From: Schmidtea polychroa
Taxonomy: Eukaryota
DNA length: 64,000 nucleotides
Reading direction: 5' to 3'
Assembly: GCA_044892525.1 (NCBI GenBank)
Contig: CM097885.1
Location: forward strand, 48,858,001 to 48,922,000
Shown: positions 15,223-26,771 of the stretch, piece after piece
Position numbering within the stretch: the first letter of the stretch is position 1
Layout of the letters: each line of letters begins with the position of its first letter
Program-made: the position numbers and the translations under genes
The notes under the pieces: generated by a model
Told to the model about the DNA's origin: nothing
What the model saw: the letters and a program-made list of their open reading frames with translations, nothing else
Databases searched by the model: none

Positions 15223-15534
15223 TTACATGTATATATTATGATATTCATTAATCAGTGTTGAACAGGCTTGACAATTGTGAACATTCTTCTCGTGACACTT
15301 AGAACAAACAATTACGTGAACACGCGGTAAATACAAAACCGAAACTTGATTTTCTTTACAAATTGAACAAGTTAAATACCTTTTCTTAACATCGTTCAGT
15401 TTTTCTGTTAGCTTATTTTCAATCAAATCGGTTTTTGCTATCCATTCATAAATCAAATTAGTGTTTTCAAAATCTAGAAATTGTAACCATGGTAGAACCT
15501 TCAAATGTCTAAGTAACATCATATTGTATAACAA
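15223..15534 (-). pseudogene. IAP-type RING gene, right-arm mirror copy (internally deleted)
   Basis: TCSICKENQVSVLYLPRVHVIVCSKCHEKNVHNCQACSTLINEYHNIYM*; lacks the equivalent of left-arm 8607-9104; its 3' ~110 bp are tandemly duplicated at ~15100-15210. Confidence 0.75.
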
Positions 15535-15623
15535 TAATAATAAGCATGACTAGTACCCTTGCAACCTGTTGAGTGTGAGCAGTACCCATAGGGGGACAAA
15601 ATATTTTGTCGGATAGACTAGGA

Positions 15624-15674
<51 letters not shown>

Positions 15675-15678
<4 letters not shown>

Positions 15679-16459
15679 AGGTTGTTTGTTGTATTATTAT
15701 ATTATTGTGGTGTGCTATGCTAGAAATTTGAAGGACCCGATAGAGTCACCGGTAAGAAAAATGTGTTGGGACTATCGGGGTGCGTGTTGTGTAACAATAA
15801 AGCAAATAAAAATAATATAAACAATAGTATATTAATCTAAAACTTTTATTTAACCAAATTAAAAAACCTTGAGTGAGGATAGAAAAGTATATCAATTGTC
15901 TCTTGACTCGATGTTAATAGTTGGGTATTCGTTCCTTGTTTTCGAATTTATATTTCTATTTAGTTTTCTTTTTGATTGTTTAGGGAATATAAGAATAGGT
16001 AGTGGATGTTGTTGTAGAATTTGAACTGAACAGGAATTTGGTAGGAAAGTATATCAGTTGTCACTTGTTACAAAATTATCGGTTGTGTATTTGTCTTTTT
16101 CTATTTTCTTGGGGTCTATATTTCTGTTTAGTTTTCTTTTCGATCGTTCAAAGAGTACGGGAAAGAAAATATCTTCCAATTCTTCAATTTAATATAGCGC
16201 TGATAATTCTAATTCTTCAGTTGTTCAATTTGATTTAATCTTCTGGAGTTTTTGTTTTTTTTAAAATTTTCTTATTGATTTTATTAATTTGTCATTTTTC
16301 TATAGTGATAATTTACTATGGTAAATTATCACTATATAGTTTATTTATTTTTTTAAATAAAATAAAAACCTTCTCCACGTACAGCGTGCAGAATTGTTTA
16401 TTACATTCATACAATGTGATTAACAAAACCAAAAAAACAGAGAATCACAATACATTACA
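15675..16459 (-). repeat. 3' LTR
   Basis: TGTTAGG...ATTACA; no difference seen from 21041-21825; adjacent PPT (minus strand AAAGGGGGAAG at ~16463-16473). Confidence 0.96.
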
Positions 16460-16635
16460 GAACTTCCCCCTTTAGAACCGGAGGTTAACATTTAAACAGC
16501 TTTACATATTTACAGAGATAAGATAAAGCATATGTTGTTGTGTTTTGTGATGATTTAGTTGTGTTTATGTTTTGTGTTTTACAACTAGCACATTATAAAA
16601 ATTGTACAACTAAATTTTGTGGGTGCATGTGTTGT

Positions 16636-19600
16636 TTATTTGAGGCAATCGCTATAACGCTTTTTGTATTCTGGTGAGATTGTTGTGTTCTTGTCAAAAA
16701 TTTTTGTTAAGTCTTTTTCGCTGAATCTGATGTGTTTCTGGTTTGTCTGTATTTCTGTTCGTTCTTGAGTTTTGTACTTTGGGTGGTTGTTTTCGTGATA
16801 TGGTTTTAATCTGCGTATGTTTATTTTGATTTGTTTATTGTGTTTTAAAATTGTGCCAACGTTTTTATACATATTTAACAGTTTGTATGGGCCTTCGTAC
16901 TTTGTTTCAAATCCGCTAGTGAAGGGTTTCTTTACTAAAACCATGTCTATTATTAGTTCTGTTTGGTTTTGGGTTTTATTATTATTTTTGTTTTTTAGAA
17001 TACTTTTTAGTATGGGTATTTGTGATTCTTTGGCGGTAGTTTTTATCTTGTTTTCGTTTTCGTCCTTTAAGTTTGGTAGGTTTGTATGGTGTCCAAAAAC
17101 TGATTGGCTAGGGCTTTTGTTGTTTAGGCTTGAAGGGTTGTTTCGTAATCCTATTAGTATTTCTGGTAATTTTTCTAACCAGTTGTTGTTATTATTTGTT
17201 TTTGTTCTGATTGCTTGTTTTAATGATCGGTGTAATCTCTCGACTTTTCCGTTTGATTGTGGATTGTATGCTGTTGTTCTGGTTTTGTTGATGTTATATT
17301 TGTTGCAAAGTCCTTTGAAAATGTCGGATTCAAATTGCCTACCCTGATCGCTGATTATTGTCTTTGGGCAGCCATACCGGGCGAACCAGTTTAATTCTAA
17401 TTTACTGCATATTTTTGCTGCTGATATTTCCTTTATGGGAATGGCTTCGAACCAATTTGTTTTTCGATCTATTATAGTTAATAAGTACTTGTGTTTATTA
17501 TTTGGAGGTAGAGGGCCGACTATGTCGATATGTATCGTTTCGAACGGTTCAGAACTTGGGAATTGTACAATTGTTGTTTTGAATTGTTTTGTTGTTATTT
17601 TATTCTTTTGACACTGTGGGCAATTTTTTACGAATGTTTTTACGTCCCTTCTCATATAAGGCCAAACAACTTTGGTATGCAGAAGTTCGTATGTGGCTTT
17701 GTTTCCCGGATGGTAGATGTTGTGGTATTTTTGGAGGTATTGATCGCGCAGTTCTGCTGGTACTACAATCCTTTTGTTATTGTCATTTGAAGTGTCGTAC
17801 CATATGCCGTCTATTTCTTCCAGATGGAGTGAATTCATCCTTGGAGTTTCGATTGTTGTTTCTTTTTGTTTAGTTTTTAACTTTTCTAACTCTATGATGG
17901 GTGTTATGTTAAGTGCATTTATGTCAGTTTCTATTCTTGATAATGCATCTGCACTTATGTTAGCAGAACCTGCTATGTATTTTATTTTGCAATTAAATTG
18001 TGAAATATAGTTTAATTGTCTTATTTGTCTCGGTGAAGGATTTTTCATGTTCATTGCGTTTATTAAGGGTTTATGGTCGGTATACACTTCGAAATCTTTT
18101 CCTTCCAAAAAGTATTGGAAATGTCTGATTGTATCATGTAACGCTAATAACTCCCTGTCAAAAGTGGAGTATCTCATTTGGTGAGTTTTGAGTTTCTTTG
18201 AGAAGAAGGCTATTGGTCTTTTTTCGTTATTTTCTTCTTGGAATATCGTTCCGCCCATTGCTACTCCCGAACAATCTGTGTTGACTATGTATGGTAAATC
18301 TTGGTTGGGATAGTTTAGGATGCTTGCATTTTTCAGATTTTCTTTTGCCTGCTCGAACGCTGTTATTAGTTTTTCGTTCCAATCTATTTTGATGTTTCTC
18401 TTTATTTTGTTCAGTTCATTGAGAGGGGCTAGCATTTCACTACATCTTGGTATGTATTTGTGATAGAAATTGATCATTCCAAGGAAACGTCTTAGCTCTT
18501 TAGTAGTTTTGGGTAGGGGGTAATTTTTGATTGCTTTGATTTTGTCGTCTAAAGGTCTTGTTCCGTTTTCGTTTAACATGTGTCCCAGGAATTTTATTTC
18601 TGTTTTCAGAAATTCACATTTTTTTATGTTAATTTTTAGCTCGTGTTTGCTTAATATTTCGAACACATTTTTAATATTTTGTATATGTTCTGTTTTGTTT
18701 GCAGATGCTATCAGAATGTCGTCAAGGTATGCGACTGTGTTCTGTTGATTTCGTAATATTTGGTCCATGAAGCGTTGGAAAGTGGCTGCAGAATTTTTTA
18801 ATCCGAAAGGCATTTTGTTATACTCGAACAGTCCTATGGGTGTGATGATTGCTGTTTTCTTTATGTCTTCAGTTCTGACGGGAATTTGATGATAGGCTTT
18901 TTGTAAATCGATTTTGCTGAAAATTTTGGGTTTGTTAAATCTGTTGATGATATCGTTTATTATTGGGATTGGGTATTTGTCGGCTGTTGTGATATTGTTT
19001 AATACTCTGTAGTCTCCGCAGGCTCGCCATTCGCCGTTTGCCTTTTCTTTAAGCATGAGGGCTGATGACCAGTTTGAGTTTGAGTGTTTGACGATTTGAT
19101 TTTCTAGTAGTTCGTCGAATATTTTCTTAGTTATCTCGAGTTTATTTTTGTCTAACTGTCTGACTTTTGCATGGACTGGGTTTCCGTTGCTAATTATTAT
19201 GTGTTCGGTTATGCATTTGGTGTTATTGTTTGCTTCTAATTTATTAGTTATATTTGCTACATTTTGTATCAGTTTTGTGATTTCGTTAGGTATGTGCCAG
19301 TTTGTTTCTGTTTTATTTGTTTTTTCTTCACCGTTTTGGGCTGTTATTACTCCGATGTCACAATTGATTTGTTTTTTTGATTGTTTATTTTTGTGGTGTA
19401 TGTCATTTGAATTGTTTGGTATGACTTTTCCATTCTTACAGTCGACTAGTAGATTATAGTATGAAAGGAAATCTGCTCCTAAAATAGCTTGTTTGACTTC
19501 AGCGATAGTGAATTGCCAATTGTATTGTGTGTTGTTGATGGTGATGTTAATGTTTTGCTTTCCGAACGTTTTTATTGGGCTGCCGTTTGCTGCGCACAAA

Positions 19601-19758
19601 TTTGCGGTTTCGGTTTTTGTGTTTTTGTATAGGTAATTCGGTAATAATGAAATTATTGAACCTGAATCAACAAGAAAATTGAGGCCATTGCTATGCACCG
19701 TGAAGGTTTGGCTGTCACCCGATGTCGGTGCTATCATTGGTGACTTTATATGTTTCCC
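16636..19758 (-). CDS. pol: Pol polyprotein (protease, RT, RNase H, integrase), expressed by -1 frameshift from gag
   Basis: LVDSGS protease; MPFGL and YLDD RT; RNase H TDCS...DALSR; HHCC zinc finger; D-D-E integrase with GPY; uninterrupted ORF. Confidence 0.96.
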   Translation of the reverse strand, partial: GKHIKSPMIAPTSGDSQTFTVHSNGLNFLVDSGSIISLLPNYLYKNTKTETANLCAANGSPIKTFGKQNINITINNTQYNWQFTIAEVKQAILGADFLSYYNLLVDCKNGKVIPNNSNDIHHKNKQSKKQINCDIGVITAQNGEEKTNKTETNWHIPNEITKLIQNVANITNKLEANNNTKCITEHIIISNGNPVHAKVRQLDKNKLEITKKIFDELLENQIVKHSNSNWSSALMLKEKANGEWRACGDYRVLNNITTADKYPIPIINDIINRFNKPKIFSKIDLQKAYHQIPVRTEDIKKTAIITPIGLFEYNKMPFGLKNSAATFQRFMDQILRNQQNTVAYLDDILIASANKTEHIQNIKNVFEILSKHELKINIKKCEFLKTEIKFLGHMLNENGTRPLDDKIKAIKNYPLPKTTKELRRFLGMINFYHKYIPRCSEMLAPLNELNKIKRNIKIDWNEKLITAFEQAKENLKNASILNYPNQDLPYIVNTDCSGVAMGGTIFQEENNEKRPIAFFSKKLKTHQMRYSTFDRELLALHDTIRHFQYFLEGKDFEVYTDHKPLINAMNMKNPSPRQIRQLNYISQFNCKIKYIAGSANISADALSRIETDINALNITPIIELEKLKTKQKETTIETPRMNSLHLEEIDGIWYDTSNDNNKRIVVPAELRDQYLQKYHNIYHPGNKATYELLHTKVVWPYMRRDVKTFVKNCPQCQKNKITTKQFKTTIVQFPSSEPFETIHIDIVGPLPPNNKHKYLLTIIDRKTNWFEAIPIKEISAAKICSKLELNWFARYGCPKTIISDQGRQFESDIFKGLCNKYNINKTRTTAYNPQSNGKVERLHRSLKQAIRTKTNNNNNWLEKLPEILIGLRNNPSSLNNKSPSQSVFGHHTNLPNLKDENENKIKTTAKESQIPILKSILKNKNNNKTQNQTELIIDMVLVKKPFTSGFETKYEGPYKLLNMYKNVGTILKHNKQIKINIRRLKPYHENNHPKYKTQERTEIQTNQKHIRFSEKDLTKIFDKNTTISPEYKKRYSDCLK
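19695..19758 (-). other. -1 ribosomal frameshift signal: G GGA AAC slippery site and candidate pseudoknot
   Basis: GGGAAAC at 19752-19758 (minus strand) in the gag/pol overlap, followed by a GUCACC/GGUGAC stem whose loop GCACCG can pair with downstream CGGUGC. Confidence 0.8.
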
Positions 19759-20840
19759 GACTCTTCTTTGTCGAAGGTGCAGGGTTTGTTGCATTTGTAT
19801 GCTTTATTTCCAAATTTATTGTGGTAGTAACAATAGTTTTGGTTTGTGCATTTATTGGGGTTGTTCCCTGTTTTGTTTCTGTCGAAGCTGTTGCGGCTGC
19901 CAGATCGTGTATTTTGTCTGGAATAATTTTGTCTGTTTTCGTAATATTGAGTTCTCCTGGATTCTCTTCTTTGTAATTCGGTTATGTCTTTTCTTAGATT
20001 TTTGTTTTCAATAATTATTTCGTCGAATTTTGTTACCAGAGTTGAGAGGAGTTTGTTCGTTTCTGTAGTTTCTGAGCTATTGTGTACAGGTTTGTTTTCG
20101 TTGCTCTTAAAAAAATTTTTGTTTTGGTAAGTTCTACATATTGTTGGGTATATTTCGTCGTTGATTTTGTCTGCTATGTTTGCCAGAGTATCGAGGTCTG
20201 TACAGTTGCTGGCAGCTAGAATCCGTCTTATTTCAGGTGGCATTGCGCGCATGAAAAGGTCTTTGATGAACTCTTTTGACCCGGTGCTTGTTATTTTTGG
20301 TTGTAAGTATTCGAGTTTTGTCTTTAGGTTTCGCAGAAATTCAGACGGTTTGTCATTACCCAATTGGATATCTTTCAAACAGGATTCGAGTAGTTCTCGT
20401 CTGTTTACTTTGTTCCGATTTATTAAAGTGTTGTATAAGTTTTCGAAAGGGTTGTCGTCCTTTGATATTTCCTCTATTCTATCGGCTATCTCGTTCAGGA
20501 TGTTGCTGGGAAGGGCGGCAATTATGTGAGAACAGACTGTTCTTGATGATTTAATGCCTGATAGGTTTAATGTTAATTTGGCAAATTCTAGCCATTTTTG
20601 TGGGGTCCCGTTTTCGTCTGTGAAAAAATTTGGGATGTTTGCCTTGGGGTTTAGTATTGAGTTTACCGCGGATGAATTTTCAGGGTTGTAATAATAACTA
20701 CTGCTTTCGTGTGTTGGGTGTGTGTTTGCGTTGTTGGTGCTTGGGTTGTATAGGTGGTTCATGTTTTCCGGTGAGTGAGCATTTTCATAGTTGTTGGGTA
20801 TCTGTGTATTGTTTGTCGGGTTTTGCTGGTTTGAAGCCAT
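19746..20840 (-). CDS. gag: Gag
   Basis: 364-aa ORF with a QLGNDKPSEFL motif and C-terminal CYYHNKFGNKAYKCNKPC knuckle. Confidence 0.93.
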   Translation of the reverse strand: MASNQQNPTNNTQIPNNYENAHSPENMNHLYNPSTNNANTHPTHESSSYYYNPENSSAVNSILNPKANIPNFFTDENGTPQKWLEFAKLTLNLSGIKSSRTVCSHIIAALPSNILNEIADRIEEISKDDNPFENLYNTLINRNKVNRRELLESCLKDIQLGNDKPSEFLRNLKTKLEYLQPKITSTGSKEFIKDLFMRAMPPEIRRILAASNCTDLDTLANIADKINDEIYPTICRTYQNKNFFKSNENKPVHNSSETTETNKLLSTLVTKFDEIIIENKNLRKDITELQRRESRRTQYYENRQNYSRQNTRSGSRNSFDRNKTGNNPNKCTNQNYCYYHNKFGNKAYKCNKPCTFDKEESGNI

Positions 20841-21026
20841 TTATTGTTTTGTTGCTGTTTTTTTTATTGTTTGTTGTGCAAAAAAAAATAGTGGTTTGTT
20901 TGAAGGATATGGCCTACTGTGTTCGGCCAACAGTGTCACTAGCCTTTATAGTTCTATAATAACTATACTGGAAGGTTTCGTGATTGAAAGAAAACGTCGA
21001 ATGCGTGTGTGTTGTATGTATTTTTT

Positions 21027-21038
21027 CTTCTGACACCA
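21027..21038 (-). other. Primer-binding site (tRNA-Leu-type)
   Basis: TGGTGTCAGAAG on the minus strand, 2 nt after the 5' LTR end. Confidence 0.85.
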
Positions 21039-21040
21039 AT

Positions 21041-21822
21041 TGTTAGGTTGTTTGTTGTATTATTATATTATTGTGGTGTGCTATGCTAGAAATTTGAAGG
21101 ACCCGATAGAGTCACCGGTAAGAAAAATGTGTTGGGACTATCGGGGTGCGTGTTGTGTAACAATAAAGCAAATAAAAATAATATAAACAATAGTATATTA
21201 ATCTAAAACTTTTATTTAACCAAATTAAAAAACCTTGAGTGAGGATAGAAAAGTATATCAATTGTCTCTTGACTCGATGTTAATAGTTGGGTATTCGTTC
21301 CTTGTTTTCGAATTTATATTTCTATTTAGTTTTCTTTTTGATTGTTTAGGGAATATAAGAATAGGTAGTGGATGTTGTTGTAGAATTTGAACTGAACAGG
21401 AATTTGGTAGGAAAGTATATCAGTTGTCACTTGTTACAAAATTATCGGTTGTGTATTTGTCTTTTTCTATTTTCTTGGGGTCTATATTTCTGTTTAGTTT
21501 TCTTTTCGATCGTTCAAAGAGTACGGGAAAGAAAATATCTTCCAATTCTTCAATTTAATATAGCGCTGATAATTCTAATTCTTCAGTTGTTCAATTTGAT
21601 TTAATCTTCTGGAGTTTTTGTTTTTTTTAAAATTTTCTTATTGATTTTATTAATTTGTCATTTTTCTATAGTGATAATTTACTATGGTAAATTATCACTA
21701 TATAGTTTATTTATTTTTTTAAATAAAATAAAAACCTTCTCCACGTACAGCGTGCAGAATTGTTTATTACATTCATACAATGTGATTAACAAAACCAAAA
21801 AAACAGAGAATCACAATACATT

Positions 21823-21825
<3 letters not shown>
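21041..21825 (-). repeat. 5' LTR
   Basis: Direct repeat of 15675-16459 at a constant offset of 5366. Confidence 0.96.
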
Positions 21826-21882
<57 letters not shown>

Positions 21883-21906
21883 TTAATAATAATAATAATA
21901 ATAATC

Positions 21907-22013
<107 letters not shown>

Positions 22014-22572
22014 TATAATAATAATATACTTTGAAAATAAATAATAAGAAATTTGAAAATAATTTTGAAAATGATAATAATAATATTTTATAAATAAAAT
22101 AAGAATTTTGAAGAAAATAATCATGAAAATATTGAAAATCGTGAAAATTATGAAAATGTTAAAAATCATGAAAATGATGAAAATGATGAAAACGTTAAAA
22201 ATTATGAATTATGATTTATGAAGTAAATAATAATAAAACATCGAAAATAAAATAATAAGAACTTCGCAAAAAATAATAATAATAGTAATAATTATAATAA
22301 CAATAATATTGATAAAAACTTTGAAAATAATTTTAAAATAATTCTTTGAAAATAATACTTTGAAAAATATTCGATGAAAAGTTGCTGAAATAATCATGAA
22401 AATGTTGAAAATCGTAAAAATTATGAAAATGTTAAAAATTATTAAAATAATCATGCAAATGATGAAAATGTTGAAAATCATGTAATTGACGTAGAAATTA
22501 AGTTTTATGAATATTTAAGTAAATAATAATATTGAAACTTCTAAATTAAAATAATAATTAGAACTTTGCAAA

Positions 22573-22616
<44 letters not shown>

Positions 22617-22619
22617 GAA

Positions 22620-22650
<31 letters not shown>

Positions 22651-22670
22651 GGAGTTTTACAACATTTATT

Positions 22671-22760
22671 TCAAAAATACACTGAATGAGATTCATGGAT
22701 TATGACACCACAACTCTGACATCTACTAAAGTTTTTCAAACATAAGGAACAAATAATGAT
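22671..22760 (-). pseudogene. Fragment of a second, diverged RING gene
   Basis: IICSLCLKNFSRCQSCGVIIHESHSVYF* followed by AATAAA; same RING-tail spacing as the 8955 gene but a different sequence. Confidence 0.55.
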
Positions 22761-22905
22761 ATGACCTTGAAAATAATAATATTTCGAAAAATAATAATAT
22801 GAACAAAAATAGATGTCTTTGTTACTAAAAATAGAACGACCATGATGTCTCAGCGGCTGAATCATGGTCTTTGTTTAAATTACCTTGATAATAAAAAACT
22901 TGATG

Positions 22906-23049
<144 letters not shown>

Positions 23050-23164
23050 TTAATAATAATATTAATAATATTAATAATAAATTTTGAAAATATCTTCGAA
23101 AATAATAATAATACTATTGATAATAATAAATAATAATACTATTGATAGTAATAAATAATAAATC

Positions 23165-24595
23165 CAATGGGCGGGTCATTGTCTTTGTTCTGAAAATGAT
23201 GAGTCATTGTATTTGTTCAAAAAATAAATGAGTCATCGATGAGTACTTTTTTATTACCGTTTGTTTGATATGTATATTATAAGGTTTAAAAATTTAAACC
23301 TTGGACTCTTTGACCTTCAAACTTGGACCATCATACTCATCTTTGAATTACCTTTTGTTTGATATGTATATTATAAGGTTTCAAATTTTTGAACCTTGGA
23401 CCCTTCGACCCTTGGACCTTTGAACTCACCTTAAAATTACCTTTTATTTGATATGTATATTATAAGGTTTTAAAATTTTCAACCTTGGACCCTTTCGATG
23501 GTATGACCTTCAAGGGTATGACCATCATACTCACCTTTGTATTACCTTTTATTTGACATGTATATATCTATATGTATAATTTTTAGAGGTTTTGGACCCT
23601 TTGAAGGTTTGAAGATTCAGGACCATTCATAAACCTTTGAAAGTATGACCATGATACTTACATCTCAAATACCTTTTGTTTGATATGTATATTAGAAGGT
23701 TTTAAAATTTTTGAACCTTGGACCCTTCGACCCTTGGACCTTCGAACTCACCATCAAAAGACCTTTTGAATGATATATATATTATATGATTTGAAAAATA
23801 TATAATTTTTGATACCCTTTGAAGGTTATTGACCCACCATATACCTTTGAGGGTATAGCCATTAGATAGACCTCTCAAATACCTTTCGACTGATATATAT
23901 ATATATATATATATTATGAAGTTTGAAAAAATTCGAAGGTTTTGACCCTTTGAAGGCCGAGGACCCACCATACACCTTCGAGGGTATAATCATCATACTT
24001 ACCTCTCAAATACCTTTCGAATGATATAAATATTATAAGGCTGGAAAAATATTCGAAGGTTTTGTACCCTTTAAAGGCCGAGGACCTACCAAACACCTTC
24101 AAGGGTATGACCATAATATTAACCTCTCAAATACCTTTCGAATGATACCCTTGGGTGGAGGTTTGACCTTATTTGACCTTTGGAAATTTAAATATGACCT
24201 TGACCTTAAAAATATGACCTTGACCTTAAAAATATGACCTTGACCTTAAAAATATGATCTTGACCTTAAAATATGACCTCGATGAGTCATAGTATGAGTC
24301 ATATGACCTTGAAAACGAACTTGATGAGTCATGGTCTTTGTTTCAATGACCTTGATGAGTCATCGGATGAGTCATATGACCTTGAATGAGTCATCGGATG
24401 AGTCATATGCCCTTGAATGAGTCATCGGATGAGTCATGGTCTTTGTTTCAATGACCTTGATGAGTCATATGTCTTTGTTTAAAATTTGACCTTGAAAAAA
24501 ATTAAAATGGCGGGGAGGGGGAGGGGAGGGGGAGGGGAGGGGGTATGTCTTTGTCCCAGAGGGCCGCTGGTTTAGTGGGCCGCTATCCCTCTACT
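23165..24595 (-). repeat. Right TIR core of the Polinton-like element
   Basis: Inverted copy of 4627-5830, with fewer 31-bp units and an extra internal duplication near 23340-23510. Confidence 0.92.
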
Positions 24596-25088
24596 TTCGA
24601 TAATTATTGGGAACGTGTTATTTGTTAGGCGTTATTGATAAAGTCATTAAATTTGAAAATTAATGTGCAGAATTCAACTTGTGTTTTAAATGTTTTTAAA
24701 TATTTTTTTGTATATTGTATGTATTGATTGTTGTTTGTTAAATTAATAAATTTATAAAAATGATTTTTAAATTATTAAATTAAATTATAAATATTAAAAA
24801 AAATTTTTAAAAACAATATATAATTAATAAAATTAATAAATTTGTTTAAAATCCTTAATTTATATAGTTATTATATCCCACCTGATGATGACAGGAAACT
24901 GTCGAAATATATCGTGAAAAGAATGTTTGATTGGCGTTTTCTTATAGATACTAAGTTTAGTGTTCATTCTTAAATCTTAATGGCCACATTCAAAGACCTT
25001 TATCGAATTTCAATAACTTCAAATTTTAACATTCTTCATTTTAATTCAATAAAATGTTTTTGAAATTTATATTTAAATCGTATACTAG

Positions 25089-25225
25089 AAACAGTTGATG
25101 GATGTACATATGAAATAACGGATGCTCATGGGGAAATCAAAAGTCCTAATTATCCCGTTACATATCCATCAAAAAGCAACTGTGAATGGAAAATAATCAC
25201 TACTCCAGGCCACATAATCCAATTA
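25089..25225 (+). CDS. tolloid/BMP1: Tolloid/BMP1-like exon: CUB N-half
   Basis: AG at 25087-25088 (an in-phase alternative AG at 25093-25094 also exists); GCTYEITDAHGEIKSPNYPVTYPSKSNCEWKIITTPGHIIQL; GTAAGT at 25226. Confidence 0.92.
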
Positions 25226-26557
25226 GTAAGTCACTTCGTATTTACTTTTGTTAGAAATAAAAGAAATTAATTTTAAAAATAATAATTAATATATACAATT
25301 TTATCTAATTAATATTTACATATATTTTATGACATTGTAGTTATTAGAAAAGTTTCATAGTCAAAAATTTTCTAACAACTACAATATCAATTGAAAAGAA
25401 ATAAGAGGTGAAAATAGAAAAAAGTTTTTATAATATATCTTATTGTACTCAATTCAAGTGTTTAAGTGTAAAATTTTTAATAAAATTTTTAATATGATTT
25501 ACTTAAAAAAAGATGTGCCAAAAATTCGTGTCAAATAAATAAAATTATTGATCTAAAACAAAATAAAGATAAATAAAATTGATAATTGACTGCAATTTTA
25601 ATTGAAAACATATACAATATAATAATGGCATTAAAATTGTATTATTGTAGTGGTTTGGTACTATAAAAAGCGTACATAATATTTGATTGTGTTACTTTTC
25701 CGATTGCATTTCCTTTTGTATGACGAATTTTTAAAAAAATCATTTAATGATAATAAAATCCTTAGGGTCCAATACTTTTGGCATTCTGTGTAAATCGGTA
25801 TTAATGATATATTTGGTCAAGATTTTTGTAAACTTCACTCTGACAGCATATCACTTTTACATGGATTAAGACAAAATAATTTGTCCACACTCAATAATTG
25901 GTAAACAAAAGTCATTATTTTTGATATTTTGTGTTTACCCATTAATGAAAGATAAATAAAAGCATTGAATGGATCAATTTGTTGTCTTATGTTTCAAAAA
26001 TTATATTTATTATACATAGGACAAAAATTAATAAAACTTCATGGTACTTCATGAAAAATGTCTGAGAAAAACCCATTTAGATAACACAAAAATTCCATTT
26101 TACTCTATGAAAATAAAATTTTATTATTTTGATGCATTTTTCATAAATTAATTTTTAACTGACGTTTTATGCTTAATTTTTAACTATTGTGAATTATTAG
26201 CATAAATAGATTATCAAATTATCACTTTATTATACAAATATGAAAATCTTGATTTATTATTTATTTATATTTTGAAAATTTAACCATTTAATTTTTGTTT
26301 TAATTATTTCAGATTGCCTTTACAGCATTCATTTTAATAAGGCTGATTTAAATTTATTAACGATATTTATTGATTTATTTTTGAAATCATTTTTATTTTT
26401 ATTATTTTCATTTTTATGGAAATTATGCAAACTATTTTTCTATTATTTTATGAGCTGTAAATAAATCTTATCGATTTTAAGTGTAATAAACATCTCGAAT
26501 GATATTGATTTTTTGAATTCAACAATTTGTTTCAAAAATAATTAAATCGATTTATAG

Positions 26558-26771
26558 ACTTTCTCTGACTTTGAAATAGAGTCTCATCAAGAATGCACTT
26601 ATGATCAATTAATTGTCTACGACGGGGCATCAATAAAAAACAAACAGCTGGGCCGGTTTTGTGGTAGCAAAACTCCAGTTCCAATGAAATCTCAACATAA
26701 CTCAATGTTAATAACCTTCACTTCCGATGGATCAGTTCAAAGACGCGGATTCAAAATAAACTTCAATTCTA
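26558..26771 (+). CDS. tolloid/BMP1: Tolloid/BMP1-like exon: CUB C-half
   Basis: TFSDFEIESHQECTYDQLIVYDG...LGRFCGSK...FTSDGSVQRRGF; AG/GT boundaries in phase with neighbouring exons. Confidence 0.93.

Larger units (their letters stand above)
15675..21825 (-). mobile_element. Intact Ty3/Gypsy LTR retrotransposon (CHCC-type Gag, CsRn1/Kabuki-like)
   Basis: Two 785-bp TG...CA LTRs, PBS, PPT, open gag and pol; inserted into (TA)n with ATATA on both sides. Confidence 0.97.

Noticed and set aside
16002..21877. Plus-strand ORFs across the Gypsy, including duplicated LTR ORFs
   Set aside because: They are antisense shadows of the A-rich gag-pol strand; no env-like ORF is present.
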